From Strigamia acuminata (lineage: Eukaryota): a stretch of 64,000 bases of DNA. The DNA is taken from assembly GCA_949358305.1 (NCBI GenBank), contig OX442314.1, positions 2,852,001 through 2,916,000 of the forward strand, read 5' to 3'. Below, piece after piece: positions 1-15,699 of this stretch (position 1 is its first letter; every line of letters begins with the position of its first letter). Below the pieces are notes generated by a model. It was not told where the DNA came from. It was given only the letters and a program-made list of their open reading frames with translations, and did no database searches. The position numbers and the translations under genes are program-made.

Positions 1-247
1 GAACGCCGAGCGTCGTTCATTCGATGTAATCGAGGAATAACAGGAGATGGCGCTACCATCCGGGTCACGTCAGTCTTTAGAGTAAGCCTAAAATGGGTAG
101 GAAAAAACTCAAGGAAAAAACAATTGAAGATTAGGAGTTGTCGTTCCCCAACTCGGGAGAAAGTTCAAGGTAAGATAAGATTTATGTATTTAAGATCCGT
201 GTGTGAGGATTAATAGAGTATGCTAGTGAAAGGGAGGTGTTGGAGGG

Positions 248-364
248 TCCTGTTATTCCTCGATTACATCGAATGAACGACGCTCGGCGTTCATTCGCTC
301 GCTCCGCTCGCTTCATTCCGCCGAGATTACATTCATTCTCAGTAATCTCCGGAATCCCAGGAGA
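248..364. repeat. DIRS internal complementary region (ICR)
   Basis: Exact reverse complements of both element termini (1-45 and 7566-7600) lie side by side downstream of the YR ORF. Confidence 0.85.
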
Positions 365-472
365 CTTTAGAGCCCCATTTTAGGTAGAAATGAATAAAAT
401 TGGCAGTATAAAAGGTGATAATTCAATTTATTCAATTTCTAATCGATTTCTTTTTTTTTTTTTTTTTTTTTT

Positions 473-1735
473 TTATTTTGCATTTGCATTTGCGTGAGGC
501 AGTAACACTGCGGTTTGGAACGCGTTGGGGTCAATAATAGGTTTGTTATAAAATTTGGCAAAGGTTTTCTCCGATGTCCAACCCGCCACTTCCAGTATTT
601 GTTGTACTGGTACACGATTTGCGGCTGCGCTGGTTGCTGCCGCGCGAGTAGAATGGGCCCCGAAAACCGCTTCGTCTACTCCAATCTTTTTTAAGAAGGA
701 TTTAATCCATCTGCGGATGGTGTCCTTTGACGGAGCCGAGTGGGGCGGAGTCTGGGTTAGGAAAAGGTGTGTTCCTTTTCGAACGTTTATTGTTTTCTTC
801 AGGAAACTCGAGAGCGCCGTAAAGGGGCAGACAGATCTGTCTTGCGGGAAGGGCGCGATTCTGAAGTTGGTGTGCGTGCCCACCCGAGTGTGTTTGTGCA
901 GGGTTAATGGCCGAAAAATGGCGGCGTCTGATGTCACCGAAAGGTCGGAAAGTGATAAGCTCTGGAGGGAGCTCACCCTTGCCGCAGTTGTAAGAGCCAA
1001 AAGGATTAGCAATTTTTCTTGTAGTGGACGCCAGTCCAGGGTGTCATGAGGCCATTGTTGTCGCAAATAATTTAATGCCAGTCCCACGTCCCAAGTAGCG
1101 ACGTATCGGGGCAAGTTTGGCTTAGTGTTGAAGATTCCTTTAAGAATTTTGACAATGCGGTAGTCGTGGCGCACTTCCGTGGGAATGACACCTGCTGCGA
1201 CTATTGCTGCCAGATTCCCGGTGATGGTGGAATGGGACTTCCCCTCTTGGAAGCGGAAAGCTAGGAAATTGGCAGTTTTGATGATCAGCGATTCGAGCGC
1301 AAGGTCTTTTGCAGGGAAGTTAGTTAAAGGTCCATCAAGGTTAGCAGGCGACCCTTGACCCAAAAATTCCTGCCACTTCTGAACCCCCGTAGAATATGTC
1401 GAGACGGTTGTCGGGCGCCACCCGGCCGTGTACAAGGTGGCAGCGTCTTCTGAAAAGCCTCCTGTAGTGAGGTTTCGCCAGATATCTTGCAGCCAAGGAG
1501 CTGCAGGCCCTTTAGTGGTGGTGGTGCTATCGGCTGGAATTCCAGGAGTAAGTTCCCTTTGGCTTGGAACAGAAAGGGTGGAGCTATTAGGCTCTCCAAG
1601 AGGGTTACGAACCAACTCTGGGCGGACCACCTCGGGGCTATGAGTAAGAGCGTCGTTCGATCCTTGTGCATTTTCTGAAGGATTCTCGGAATCAGGCTGA
1701 AAGGAGGGAAAGCAAAACCGTAAATAGATTTCCAA
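473..1735 (-). CDS. DIRS tyrosine recombinase (ORF has no ATG; overlaps the pol 3' end)
   Basis: Catalytic R-H-R-Y motifs: LTTAARVSS, GAHSTRAAATS, AGW..EKTFAKFYNK; CP motif in SVCPF. Confidence 0.9.
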   Translation of the reverse strand: MEIYLRFCFPSFQPDSENPSENAQGSNDALTHSPEVVRPELVRNPLGEPNSSTLSVPSQRELTPGIPADSTTTTKGPAAPWLQDIWRNLTTGGFSEDAATLYTAGWRPTTVSTYSTGVQKWQEFLGQGSPANLDGPLTNFPAKDLALESLIIKTANFLAFRFQEGKSHSTITGNLAAIVAAGVIPTEVRHDYRIVKILKGIFNTKPNLPRYVATWDVGLALNYLRQQWPHDTLDWRPLQEKLLILLALTTAARVSSLQSLSLSDLSVTSDAAIFRPLTLHKHTRVGTHTNFRIAPFPQDRSVCPFTALSSFLKKTINVRKGTHLFLTQTPPHSAPSKDTIRRWIKSFLKKIGVDEAVFGAHSTRAAATSAAANRVPVQQILEVAGWTSEKTFAKFYNKPIIDPNAFQTAVLLPHANANAK

Positions 1736-3273
1736 GAATGTGCTAAAGCATCAATTTTCCACGCTAGTGGGTCCGGTCCCCAAGAGAAAAATTTTGGTAA
1801 TTTAAAATTCAGTCTGGAAGCGAATAAGTCAACTTGTGGGGACCCAAATTGTGTAATTAATTTGTTAAAAATAATTGGAGATAAACTCCATTCGCCGTCC
1901 GTAGATTCGAAATTTCGTGAAAGGTAATCTGCCACATCATTCTCTTTTCCGGGAATGTGTACAACTGTGAAGGAAATACCCAACTTGCAAGATTGTTCCC
2001 AGACTAATCTGGAGTAGTAGTGCAAAAGGTGCACCTTGCTTCCCTGATTTCTGAATACGCTGACCACTGTCGCGCTGTCGGAGTGGAAAAGGACGTGCTT
2101 TTTCCCCCCAAAAGGAGCAAAAGATTGCCATGCAAACCACAAGGCGATCAACTCCTTCACATTTATGTGAAGTTCTTGTTCTTCCAAAGACCAATGTCCA
2201 TTGGCATGTGAACCTTCCCAAGTGGCGCCCCAACCCAAATTGGATGCGTCAGTGAAGATCTCCGTATCCGGGTCTTGTGAAAGGAGGGATTTGGGTTCGA
2301 ACAGTCTAGTTTCTAACCAAAATTCTATTTCTGATTTAATGTCAGGGTAAATGGGAATTATTGCATCGTAGTTATGGTTGTTGAGAAACAGTTGGCCAGT
2401 TTTGAAAGTCTCGAGGGGTTTAATGTACCAAAAACCGTGGCGAAGGCCAGGTTCTGCCGAGACTAAATTTCCTATAAAAATTGCCAAATCCCTAATTTTA
2501 GTAGAAGTTAAGTTAGCAAATCTTTTGGCTAAAGTCAAGATTTTCTCTATTTTCCTGGTTGGAAGAGCTACTTCCATTTTGACAGAGTCCAAAAGGAGCC
2601 CCAAGAATTCTATTCTGGTGGTGGGGGTAAATTCTGATTTTTCCCAGTTGATAGCCAGTCCCAAACTCTGGAAAAAATTTATTACATCGGAACAGTCTGT
2701 CCGAGCCTGATTGAAAGAGTTGCACAGGAAAATGCCGTCATCTAGGTAAGGCACACCTCCTATTCCCCAAGATCGCAGATGTGCGTAGACAGGGCACATA
2801 ACCTTAGTGAAAATTCTTGGCGCGCTAGCTAAACCCATGGGAAGCGCTTGGTATTCGTAAATTTGGCCCTGCCAGGTGAAGCGCACGAGTTTCTTAAAAG
2901 CGAAATGGATCGCGAGGAGGTAGAAAGCGTTCTTTAAGTCTATTTTGAACATATATAAATTGGGTTTTAGAAGAGAGATGGCGTCACGAATTGAGGCCAT
3001 TTTAAAATGGCGGTATTCCAAATTTTTGTTAAACTTTTTTAAATTTAGAATTAAGCGGACCGAACCATCGGGCTTTGGGACGGCAAAAATTGGGCTCAGA
3101 ATTTCTCCTTCCACTGAAGGGACTTTTTTAATTATTCTTTGGTTACATAAGTCGGCTACTGCCAAGGATAGGGCTGTCGTTTCATCTGCCGACATAGAAT
3201 ATTCGATTCTGTTTTCCTTCTCCAGAAATTCCGAAACTAAATCGAATTTAATTCCAGATAAACATTCCAACAC
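1324..3273 (-). CDS. DIRS pol, 3' portion: reverse transcriptase, RNase H and DNA N6-adenine methyltransferase-like domain
   Basis: RT motifs IFAVPKPDGSVRLILNLK, LPMGLASAPRIF and YLDD. RNase H motifs FTDAS..GWG, HINVKEL and NDVADYLSR. MT-like DLFAS...FAFPPF. The N-terminus lies beyond the LTR insertion, from 6214 upward. Confidence 0.92.
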   Translation of the reverse strand: MLECLSGIKFDLVSEFLEKENRIEYSMSADETTALSLAVADLCNQRIIKKVPSVEGEILSPIFAVPKPDGSVRLILNLKKFNKNLEYRHFKMASIRDAISLLKPNLYMFKIDLKNAFYLLAIHFAFKKLVRFTWQGQIYEYQALPMGLASAPRIFTKVMCPVYAHLRSWGIGGVPYLDDGIFLCNSFNQARTDCSDVINFFQSLGLAINWEKSEFTPTTRIEFLGLLLDSVKMEVALPTRKIEKILTLAKRFANLTSTKIRDLAIFIGNLVSAEPGLRHGFWYIKPLETFKTGQLFLNNHNYDAIIPIYPDIKSEIEFWLETRLFEPKSLLSQDPDTEIFTDASNLGWGATWEGSHANGHWSLEEQELHINVKELIALWFAWQSFAPFGGKKHVLFHSDSATVVSVFRNQGSKVHLLHYYSRLVWEQSCKLGISFTVVHIPGKENDVADYLSRNFESTDGEWSLSPIIFNKLITQFGSPQVDLFASRLNFKLPKFFSWGPDPLAWKIDALAHSWKSIYGFAFPPFSLIPRILQKMHKDRTTLLLIAPRWSAQSWFVTLLESLIAPPFLFQAKGNLLLEFQPIAPPPLKGLQLLGCKISGETSLQEAFQKTLPPCTRPGGARQPSRHILRGFRSGRNFWVKGRLLTLMDL

Positions 3274-6213
3274 TGTGAGCGATAGCTCCCCCTGGGGGTC
3301 ATTTCGAGACTTGTTCTATCTTTTGTATGATTGGTTCTAGGTTTTATGAATAAATGAGTCTAGTTTAGACAATCATCTTGATCGGTTGTCTTTATCATTC
3401 TCACATGGCGCAGTCGACATAAAAAGACTTTGGGGAAGGTGAAATAGTTGAAACAGTTGGAAATTGATGACGGCGATTTGGATGAAGAGCGCGTGGGCTT
3501 AACATTTTCGAAAATCGAGTTGCGGAGAAATTTGGGGACGGAGACGAAGGAGACGACGCGCGTTACACGTGGAAAACGTCCAGATAACGTTCGATTTGGA
3601 GACGGAGACGTATATAAGCAGTTGAAAAGTTGTTGGTGATCATTGTCGGTGGTTGACGAGATCGGTGATTGTTGTTGAAAATTTTGCGAAACACGTGGCG
3701 GACGTAATGGCGGAAAATTTGGCGGTAATTTTGCAAGGATGTCGTTCGTCGCTTTTGTCCGTCGTCGAGGACGTCCTGAACGTATTCACGGTGACGATTT
3801 TGAAAGGAGAAATCGACAGGCGCTGCTTGGAATCGACGAGCAATTTGAAGCAAGACTTGATGACGGTACTTTTGCAAAATAACAAGGAAATCGTTGCGTT
3901 TGAGGCGGCGGAGGCGGAGAGAATCGCGGCGGAGAAGCTGGTGGAAGACGATGCGGAGATCGTAGAGAAAACGTCAGCGGAGGAATTGGCGAAAGAAAGG
4001 TTGGAGGCGGAGAAACTGGAAGCGGAGGAGGCGGCACGTCCGGCCGGCGGAAGTGGGGCATCGTCCGCCGAATTGATGGTTTTTCAAATGGCCGAGATGA
4101 TGAAGATGTTGATGCGGGACAAGTTGGAGACGGCGGCGCGTAATGCGGAAACGGAGGCGCGTAATGCGGAGAAGGAGACGCGGAATTCGGAGTTGTTGGC
4201 ACAAAATACTTTGGTGATGAACCGCCTCATCGCGTCCCAGTGTTCGCAGACGGGTCCCGCGACCACGGTGGTGCAGATGCACTCAACCGTCGACACCGTA
4301 AAAGCCATATCCTCTTTTTCGGGCGACGATAAGGAGAACGTGCATTCGTGGGTGAAGGAGGTAAAACGCGTGGCGAAGCTTTCGGCCTGGACGGACGATC
4401 TGACGCTATTGAACGCAGCAACGAGGCTAGAAGGTCACGCCAGCGACTGGCAGAAGACTGAAGGAAAGAAAATATCGAGTTTGGAGGGCTGGATGTGGGC
4501 TCTAGAAGATAGATTTAAGTGCCGCATGAACTTGAACGAATTCTTTGAAATGCAAAAGAAAAGAAAACTGGAAGCATCGGAGACGATCGTTCATTACATT
4601 TATTCAAAGAACACTTTACTAGAGCGTTGTGCGAGCCGTATAAGTGAATCGGATCGAGTGTCGATGATTTTGGGCGGAATTGGCGAGGAGTTGGTGTCGT
4701 TTCCGTTGGCATCTGGCAACATCGGTTCGGTTGAGGAGCTTTTACATCGCGCGAGGGGTTTGGACGGGGCGAGAAAAGTGAAGACAACGGACAAAAATAG
4801 TAGTAACGTCGAAGTTAAACGAGCAGCGGAGGACGTGGTGAGGGAATCGACGAAGGAAGCATTTTCGGCGGCGTCGACGAACAAGAACTCACAACGTCAC
4901 GTGCAATATAGATACGGGATGGATAAATCTACTCTCACGTGTTTTAAGTGCGGTAAGATCGGACACGTGTCTTTCGACTGTTTGTTGGCAAGTGCGGGAG
5001 CAGTTACGACGGAGAAAACGCCGGAGAAGGTTATAGCTTGTGTTGTCAAGACGAGGAAACCGGAGATGAATTTGACGGTCGTTGCGTGTAGTGTGGAGGA
5101 GTTTGACACGGACGTTGAGGCGCTGATTGATCCGGGCGCAAACTTGACAATTATCGACGGCAGATTTTTGAAAGACAATACGGAATTAAGAGCGAATAGA
5201 TCGGGGGCCAGTTTTCATTCCGTCAATGGCCCGTTGGAGATCGATGGATTTCTCGACATTTCGTTTCGTATTGGCGATATTCAATCGAGAATGAGGAATG
5301 TAGCAGTGTCGTCAGGTTTACCTTTTCCTATCATCGTAGGCACAGACTGGCGTAGGCAAGAAGGTCTGAGGCTGATTTTGGAACCGAATGGCGACATGAA
5401 TGTTTCAAGAGATCGCAGCAAGGTTCGGACTGTTGGTTGCGCAATATTCGAGAAAGAGGCGAACCGAGAAAACGTGTGTTTGTCACTGGTCGTGGAATAT
5501 GACAAGATTTTGGACGTAGCAGACGACGACAAGGACGGAGAAGTTGACGAATTTGAAAAAAACGATCAAGTTGAAAACGAAAATGGCATTTTTGACAACA
5601 ACGACGAAGAATTTGTTGAAAACGACGACGATCTTGGCGTGGAATGCGGGAAGGAGAACTTAGAACTTGACGTTACGAAAATCGAGCTAGTTGCGATCGT
5701 AGAAAATGTGAATTTGGGAGAGGACAGATCAAAATTCGACGAAACGGTTTCGGGGTTCAATGAAGTTGACGCGAAATATGGTGAGGAACACGACGAGAAA
5801 GGCGAGGAACACGATAAGAATGAGGCGAATGAAAATGAAGACGAATCGAGTCACAAGGGCAAGATTGTACGAGAAAATTTGGAGCCGGGCTGGCTGGAGG
5901 ACCTGGAGCTTAAGAGATATTTTGCCGAAGAACAGGAAGAGACTTTGACGGGAGAGACGGACTCGACAAAGATGAGCGAGGAGTTATCGGAGGCTTGTTG
6001 TGCATTAGAAAATCGCATTGTATCGAAATTGTTGAATTTTTTGTTTTGTTGTCGAGGGCGACAACCCAAAAAGGGGGGTCGTGTGAGCGATAGCTCCCCC
6101 TGGGGGTCATTTCGAGACTTGTTCTATCTTTTGTATGATTGGTTCTAGGTTTTATGAATAAATGAGTCTAGTTTAGACAATCATCTTGATCGGTTGTCTT
6201 TATCATTCTCACA
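3274..6213 (+). mobile_element. Non-autonomous Gypsy-like LTR retrotransposon (Gag-protease only)
   Basis: 132-bp TG...CA LTRs at 3274-3405 and 6082-6213 look identical. 5-bp TSD AACAC (3269-3273, 6214-6218). PBS TGGCGCAGTCG at 3406. Polypurine tract AAAAAGGGGGG at about 6068-6078. Confidence 0.93.
3707..6148 (+). CDS. Gag (capsid-like, CCHC knuckle), aspartic-protease-like domain and long acidic tail; no RT/RNase H/integrase
   Basis: First in-frame ATG at 3707. Capsid-like FSGDDKENVHSW...LEGHASDW, knuckle CFKCGKIGHVSFDC, protease-like ALIDPGANLTII...IIVGTDW. ORF ends inside the 3' LTR. Confidence 0.85.
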   Translation: MAENLAVILQGCRSSLLSVVEDVLNVFTVTILKGEIDRRCLESTSNLKQDLMTVLLQNNKEIVAFEAAEAERIAAEKLVEDDAEIVEKTSAEELAKERLEAEKLEAEEAARPAGGSGASSAELMVFQMAEMMKMLMRDKLETAARNAETEARNAEKETRNSELLAQNTLVMNRLIASQCSQTGPATTVVQMHSTVDTVKAISSFSGDDKENVHSWVKEVKRVAKLSAWTDDLTLLNAATRLEGHASDWQKTEGKKISSLEGWMWALEDRFKCRMNLNEFFEMQKKRKLEASETIVHYIYSKNTLLERCASRISESDRVSMILGGIGEELVSFPLASGNIGSVEELLHRARGLDGARKVKTTDKNSSNVEVKRAAEDVVRESTKEAFSAASTNKNSQRHVQYRYGMDKSTLTCFKCGKIGHVSFDCLLASAGAVTTEKTPEKVIACVVKTRKPEMNLTVVACSVEEFDTDVEALIDPGANLTIIDGRFLKDNTELRANRSGASFHSVNGPLEIDGFLDISFRIGDIQSRMRNVAVSSGLPFPIIVGTDWRRQEGLRLILEPNGDMNVSRDRSKVRTVGCAIFEKEANRENVCLSLVVEYDKILDVADDDKDGEVDEFEKNDQVENENGIFDNNDEEFVENDDDLGVECGKENLELDVTKIELVAIVENVNLGEDRSKFDETVSGFNEVDAKYGEEHDEKGEEHDKNEANENEDESSHKGKIVRENLEPGWLEDLELKRYFAEEQEETLTGETDSTKMSEELSEACCALENRIVSKLLNFLFCCRGRQPKKGGRVSDSSPWGSFRDLFYLLYDWF

Positions 6214-7385
6214 AACACAAAGGGGTTTAGTGTGATTTGTTCCCACTGCCCAATAAATTCTCCCAAGGAGGCCGGACGAAAAGGTAAGCGCGTAAAATTA
6301 TTTTCAAATTTTTTATTTTTAATTACTGAAAGATGCGTCGTTTGGCGATTGTCATTTGTAATTTCTACTTCTTGGCGTTGAAACGTCCTCGATTGGGTCG
6401 TCCCCGGTCTAAAAACACATTTGGTATTAGAAAGAGTAATGGGAGAAACAATTTCGTCACCATACATACTATTGGATCTGAAATCCTCTCTGTTATAGTC
6501 AGAGCCGCTTTTGCGGTCGTAATGTCTACGAGAATCAGTCCGTTGGTAAGGCGTACGACTAAAGTGTGAACGAAAAACGTCTTTCCGGTCGTCCTTCTTG
6601 TCGAAGACGGATTTGGCCGAAATTTTTGCCATTTTCTCGTAATCTTCGATTTGTTTCGTAATATCTGGGCCAAACAAGTCGTAGGGGTGCGAATCGTAGG
6701 ATCTGCACAAAGGCTTGTACTTGGGAGCCATCGTGTCTTGCAAGTCCATCCTCCGTCGCCGATTAACGTAAACGTTTGCTGAACCTACCAGGGTCATGGC
6801 GTCGGTGATGTGCCCAATCAGCTTCTTTTTGTTGAAGCGACCGGCAGCAATGTCCCGTAAGGCGTCCGTCATTGGGACTACGGATTTTAACAGAGTTTTC
6901 TGTAATTTCAGAGAGGCCGTATCTTTGGCCTTGAAATTTGGCTTTAGGATTGTAAAAACTTTCCCTTCTGCCTTTGGCGGATCTAAATACTTTAGATTTT
7001 CCGGAATGACGCATCGGTCAAACACCTTTTCTCGGTGTTCGAAACTGGATAAAAATAGAGATTTATTCACCAAGCTCTCTAAGGCGGCTGGGGCTGCTTC
7101 GCGAAAAGTCGGGGATTCGTCCAATTCCTTGGACGCGTCTTCGAACTCTGCGTCTTCCGAATTGGCTGGTGGGTCCGGGGTCTTAGCCGCCGGAATTTTC
7201 GCTTGGGCCTCGTCCAATTTGGCGCCCAGTTTGACATTGTGCGCCAGTAGTTTGGCCACCATTAACTTCAACTCTTTTACCTCATCGGAAAGAGAAGAAG
7301 CGGGCAACGTCTTATCGACGTCCTCCTGACCACGCGGGTCCGAAGGGTTAGTTTCGTCGTCGCTGTATTCGAATTTATCTTCCAT
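6214..7385 (-). CDS. DIRS gag, in frame with the pol N-terminus; candidate 61-nt intron at 6409-6469
   Basis: ATG at 7385, coiled-coil N-terminus, LFGPDI motif. Runs into WEQITLNPFV, which joins LECLSG at 3270 once the LTR insertion is removed. Confidence 0.8.
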
Positions 7386-7610
7386 AGTGATAAATATAAC
7401 GTAACAACAACTAAAGAAGGTAAAAACAATTACTAAATGTAACTAATCGTCCGAATTTATTAAGATTCTTCAAGATTGTACAGAAAATCAAAGAGACAAA
7501 ATTCGAACCTGACCGCGACCCGTAACGTTAGAACCGGAACTGACGTGACCCGGATGGTAGCGCCATCTCCTGGGATTCCGGAGATTACTGAGAATGAATG
7601 GGGAAATTAA

Positions 7611-7816
7611 CCGCGACTTACCCCAACCCCCACTCTGGTGGCGACATCGTGCGACAGGAGAGATCGTTCAAGGATGTTTCTTTATTTATTTCTTCGGTTT
7701 TGAATGTGGAAATCCACCGCGACTTACCCCAACCCCCACTCTGGTGGCGACATCGTGCGACAGTAGAGATCGTTCAAGGATGTTTCTTTATTTATTTCTT
7801 CGGTTTTGAATGTGGG
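7611..7816. repeat. Two-copy direct tandem duplication (~107 bp) beside the DIRS left end
   Basis: ccgcgacttaccccaacccccactctggtggcgacatcgtgcgaca...tgaatgtgg occurs twice with few differences. Confidence 0.85.
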
Positions 7817-8049
7817 AAAATCGGTTTCGTGGCGGAAATAACGACGATGATAATGATATTTATTATTTTGTATTATAATATTATTATATTGTTGCTTTAA
7901 AGCGATTTTTTTCCTCGTTTACGTCTATTTTGCAGCTGTTTTGAGAATGTTGTTTGTTCTCAATTTTTATAGTGCGACGTAGGATAAATTTTTAATTCAT
8001 TCGCGTGTGTCAGTTGAAATAATCGCGACGTGAACTCGCGTTGACATAG

Positions 8050-12975
<4,926 letters not shown>

Positions 12976-13726
12976 TAAAAATTAATTAATTAATTAAAAT
13001 AAATGAAATAAATGAATATTTTCAATTGACGCAATTTTATTTCCTTCCGTCTTACAAAGAAATTTCCTAATCGCGGAATTAGTGGAGAAATTGAAAACAA
13101 GATTAAGGAGGTCGCGCCGGGATTTGAACCCGGCTCGATGGATTCTAATTAGTGCAGGGCATGGTGCAGGGTGCAGTGGATGGCGACCGAGTGCTCCATT
13201 ACCAGGAATGACTAATGGTGTTAACACAACGGTGTACATTTTGCATTCACTATGCCCCAACAGGACCCCATAGAGCAAAATAAAGATTAAAAGAGTCTAA
13301 TTGACAAGAACTCATGCGATATATTTAAAATTCCAACGTTTATGTTCTGATTTTCAAACCATTAAAGCATTAGTCATTCCTGGTGTGACAGATTAATGGC
13401 GCCGAGCACGCTGTCGTCATCCGTTTCTGCAATCTGCTTCCAAAAAATTTTTGTTTTTAAAATACACCACCTGTTCAATTTTTCCCAATTCTTAAAAAAA
13501 ATTTTAAAAAGATTTTAATAAAATTGAAAAATCAAAAAACCGCCCGTTTTGCCATTTTCAACAAATCAACCCAATGCCGCCTGACGACCACTATCGAAAA
13601 CACCATCCACGTTCCATTACACATTTCGTCATCTTCCTTCCCAGTTTCTCAACCGAGGATTTTACGTGAGTCCTCGCCCTCGTTCCTCGTACAAACATCA
13701 CCACACTCGTTTCCCAACACCGCACG

Positions 13727-15668
13727 ATGGAAAACGAGAACTATTCGGGCCCGATCGGCGACGGCAACACCGCGGAGAACGAGAAAGAGAAGAAGCCTCC
13801 AATGGCGACCCCGGACGAAACGACCAAGATGACGGACGACTCGACCAAAGTGAAATTCACGAACAACTCGACGCGCGCGGACGAGAGCCGCAACGGCGAG
13901 GCGAAAATCGAGATCGAGAACATCCAAGTGGCGTTCGCCGGCATGGGCAAGGACGAGCTGATGAAATTCGCCAACGATCCCTTCTGGATCAAGCTGCGCT
14001 GGAGCCTTTTTCTCCTCTTCTGGCTCAGCTGGATCTCCATGCTCGTCGGCGCCATCGTCATCATCGTGCAGGCGCCGCGCTGCCCGCCGCTGCCGACGCT
14101 CGACTGGTGGCAGCGCGCCGTCATTTACCAGATCTACCCGCGCTCGTTTTACGACTCGAACGGCGACGGGGTGGGCGATTTGAAGGGCATCGAGAAGAAG
14201 AGCGATTACATTGCGGATTTGGGGGTCAAGGCGGTGTGGTTGAACCCGATTTACAAGTCGCCGATGGTGGATTTCGGCTACGATGTGGCGGATTATAAGG
14301 CGATTGATCCGGTGTTCGGGACGGACGAGGATTTTCGGAGTTTGGTGCAGAAGTTGAAGTCCAAAGGTGCATTTTTGTTTATATTTTGATTAAATTGAAA
14401 TTGGGTTTTAATTTTTTTTTTTTGGTTTTAGATATTAAATTGATTATGGATTTCGTGCCGAATCACACGAGTAAGAACATGAGTTGGTTCCAGAGCAGCC
14501 GGAACCGCGAGGAACCGTACACGGATTATTACGTGTGGCACAATGGGACGACGGGTCGTGATGGAAGCAGACAAGCGCCTAATAATTGGGTGTGTATAAA
14601 TCGGTGGTTGGACGTGCGATTTTTTATAAGGCGGATGGAAAGTGAAAAAAATGCATTTGTTAATTTCTAAAATGCATTTTTCAAGTCTTAAAATGCATTT
14701 TTCAAGTCCTTAAATGCATTTTTCAAGTCTTAAAATGCATTTTTCAAGTCCTACATGCGTTTTTCAAGTCCTAAAATGCATTTTTCGAGTCTTATAACGC
14801 ATTTTTCGAGTCCTAAAATGCATTTTCGAGTCCTAAAATTCATTTTTCGAGTCCTAAAATGCATTTTTCGAGTCCTAAATGCATTTTTCGAGTCCTAAAA
14901 TGCATTTTTCGAGTCCTAAAATGCATTTTTCGAGTCCTGAAATGCATTTTTCGAGTCCTGAAATGCATTTTTCGAGTCTTAAAATGCATTTTTCGAGTCC
15001 TAAAATGCATTTAAAAATATTTGTATTGCTTTTTATGCAGATGAGCGTGTTTGGTGGTTCGGCGTGGACTTACGACGACGTGCGCAAACAGTACTACCTG
15101 CACCAGTTTATGCCCGATCAACCGGACTTGAATCTGCGCAACGAAGCGGTCAAAGAGGAGCTCAAGGACGTCCTCGCCTACTGGCTGGACTTGGGCGTGC
15201 GCGGCTTCCGCGTGGACGCCGTGTCGCACCTGTACGAGGACAACTCGTTCCTGAGCGAGCCCAGAACCAATGCGCACGATAATCGTAGCGTCAGTTCGGA
15301 CGACTACGACTACCTCGACCACATCTACACCAAGGGTCAGCCGGAGAACTTGGACCTGGTCAAGGAGTGGAGAATTTTCCTCGACATTTATTCGGAAATC
15401 AACGAGACCGAACACATGTGATTGAAAATAATGAAAATAATTAAAAGAAATTAATAATTTATTAATTTCAAATTATTATCCTCAGATTGTTGACGGTGGA
15501 ATCGATGGACAAGATGGAGGACGTGATGAAGATGTACGGCAACGAGACGGAGAAGATCGCCGACTTTCCCTTCAATTTCGAGCTGGTGAACAAACTGAAC
15601 GACCAGTCGACCGCCACGGACGTGCTGGCGCTGGTGCACGGCTGGCTGTTTAATTTGTCGGACGGCGC

Positions 15669-15699
<31 letters not shown>

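Larger units (their letters stand above)
1..7600 (-). mobile_element. DIRS1-like tyrosine-recombinase retrotransposon (right end runs slightly off the window; interrupted by an LTR element at 3274-6213)
   Basis: Minus-strand order is gag, RT/RNase H/MT, YR. Inverted terminal match 41-74 vs 7539-7572. Internal complementary region: 248-292 is the reverse complement of 1-45, and 330-364 is the reverse complement of 7566-7600. This is the DIRS1 ITR/ICR layout. Confidence 0.93.

Noticed and set aside
450..472. Poly(T) run as a retroposed poly(A) tail
   Set aside because: It lies inside the DIRS element between the YR stop and the ICR, with no TSD; more likely a simple homopolymer.
6168..6213. 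C-terminus FVRMIKTTDQDDCLN of the 405-aa ORF
   Set aside because: Read-through into the inserted LTR, not part of the native DIRS protein.
13110..13180. Possible tRNA gene
   Set aside because: Only a T-arm/B-box is visible; no acceptor, D or anticodon stems could be built.
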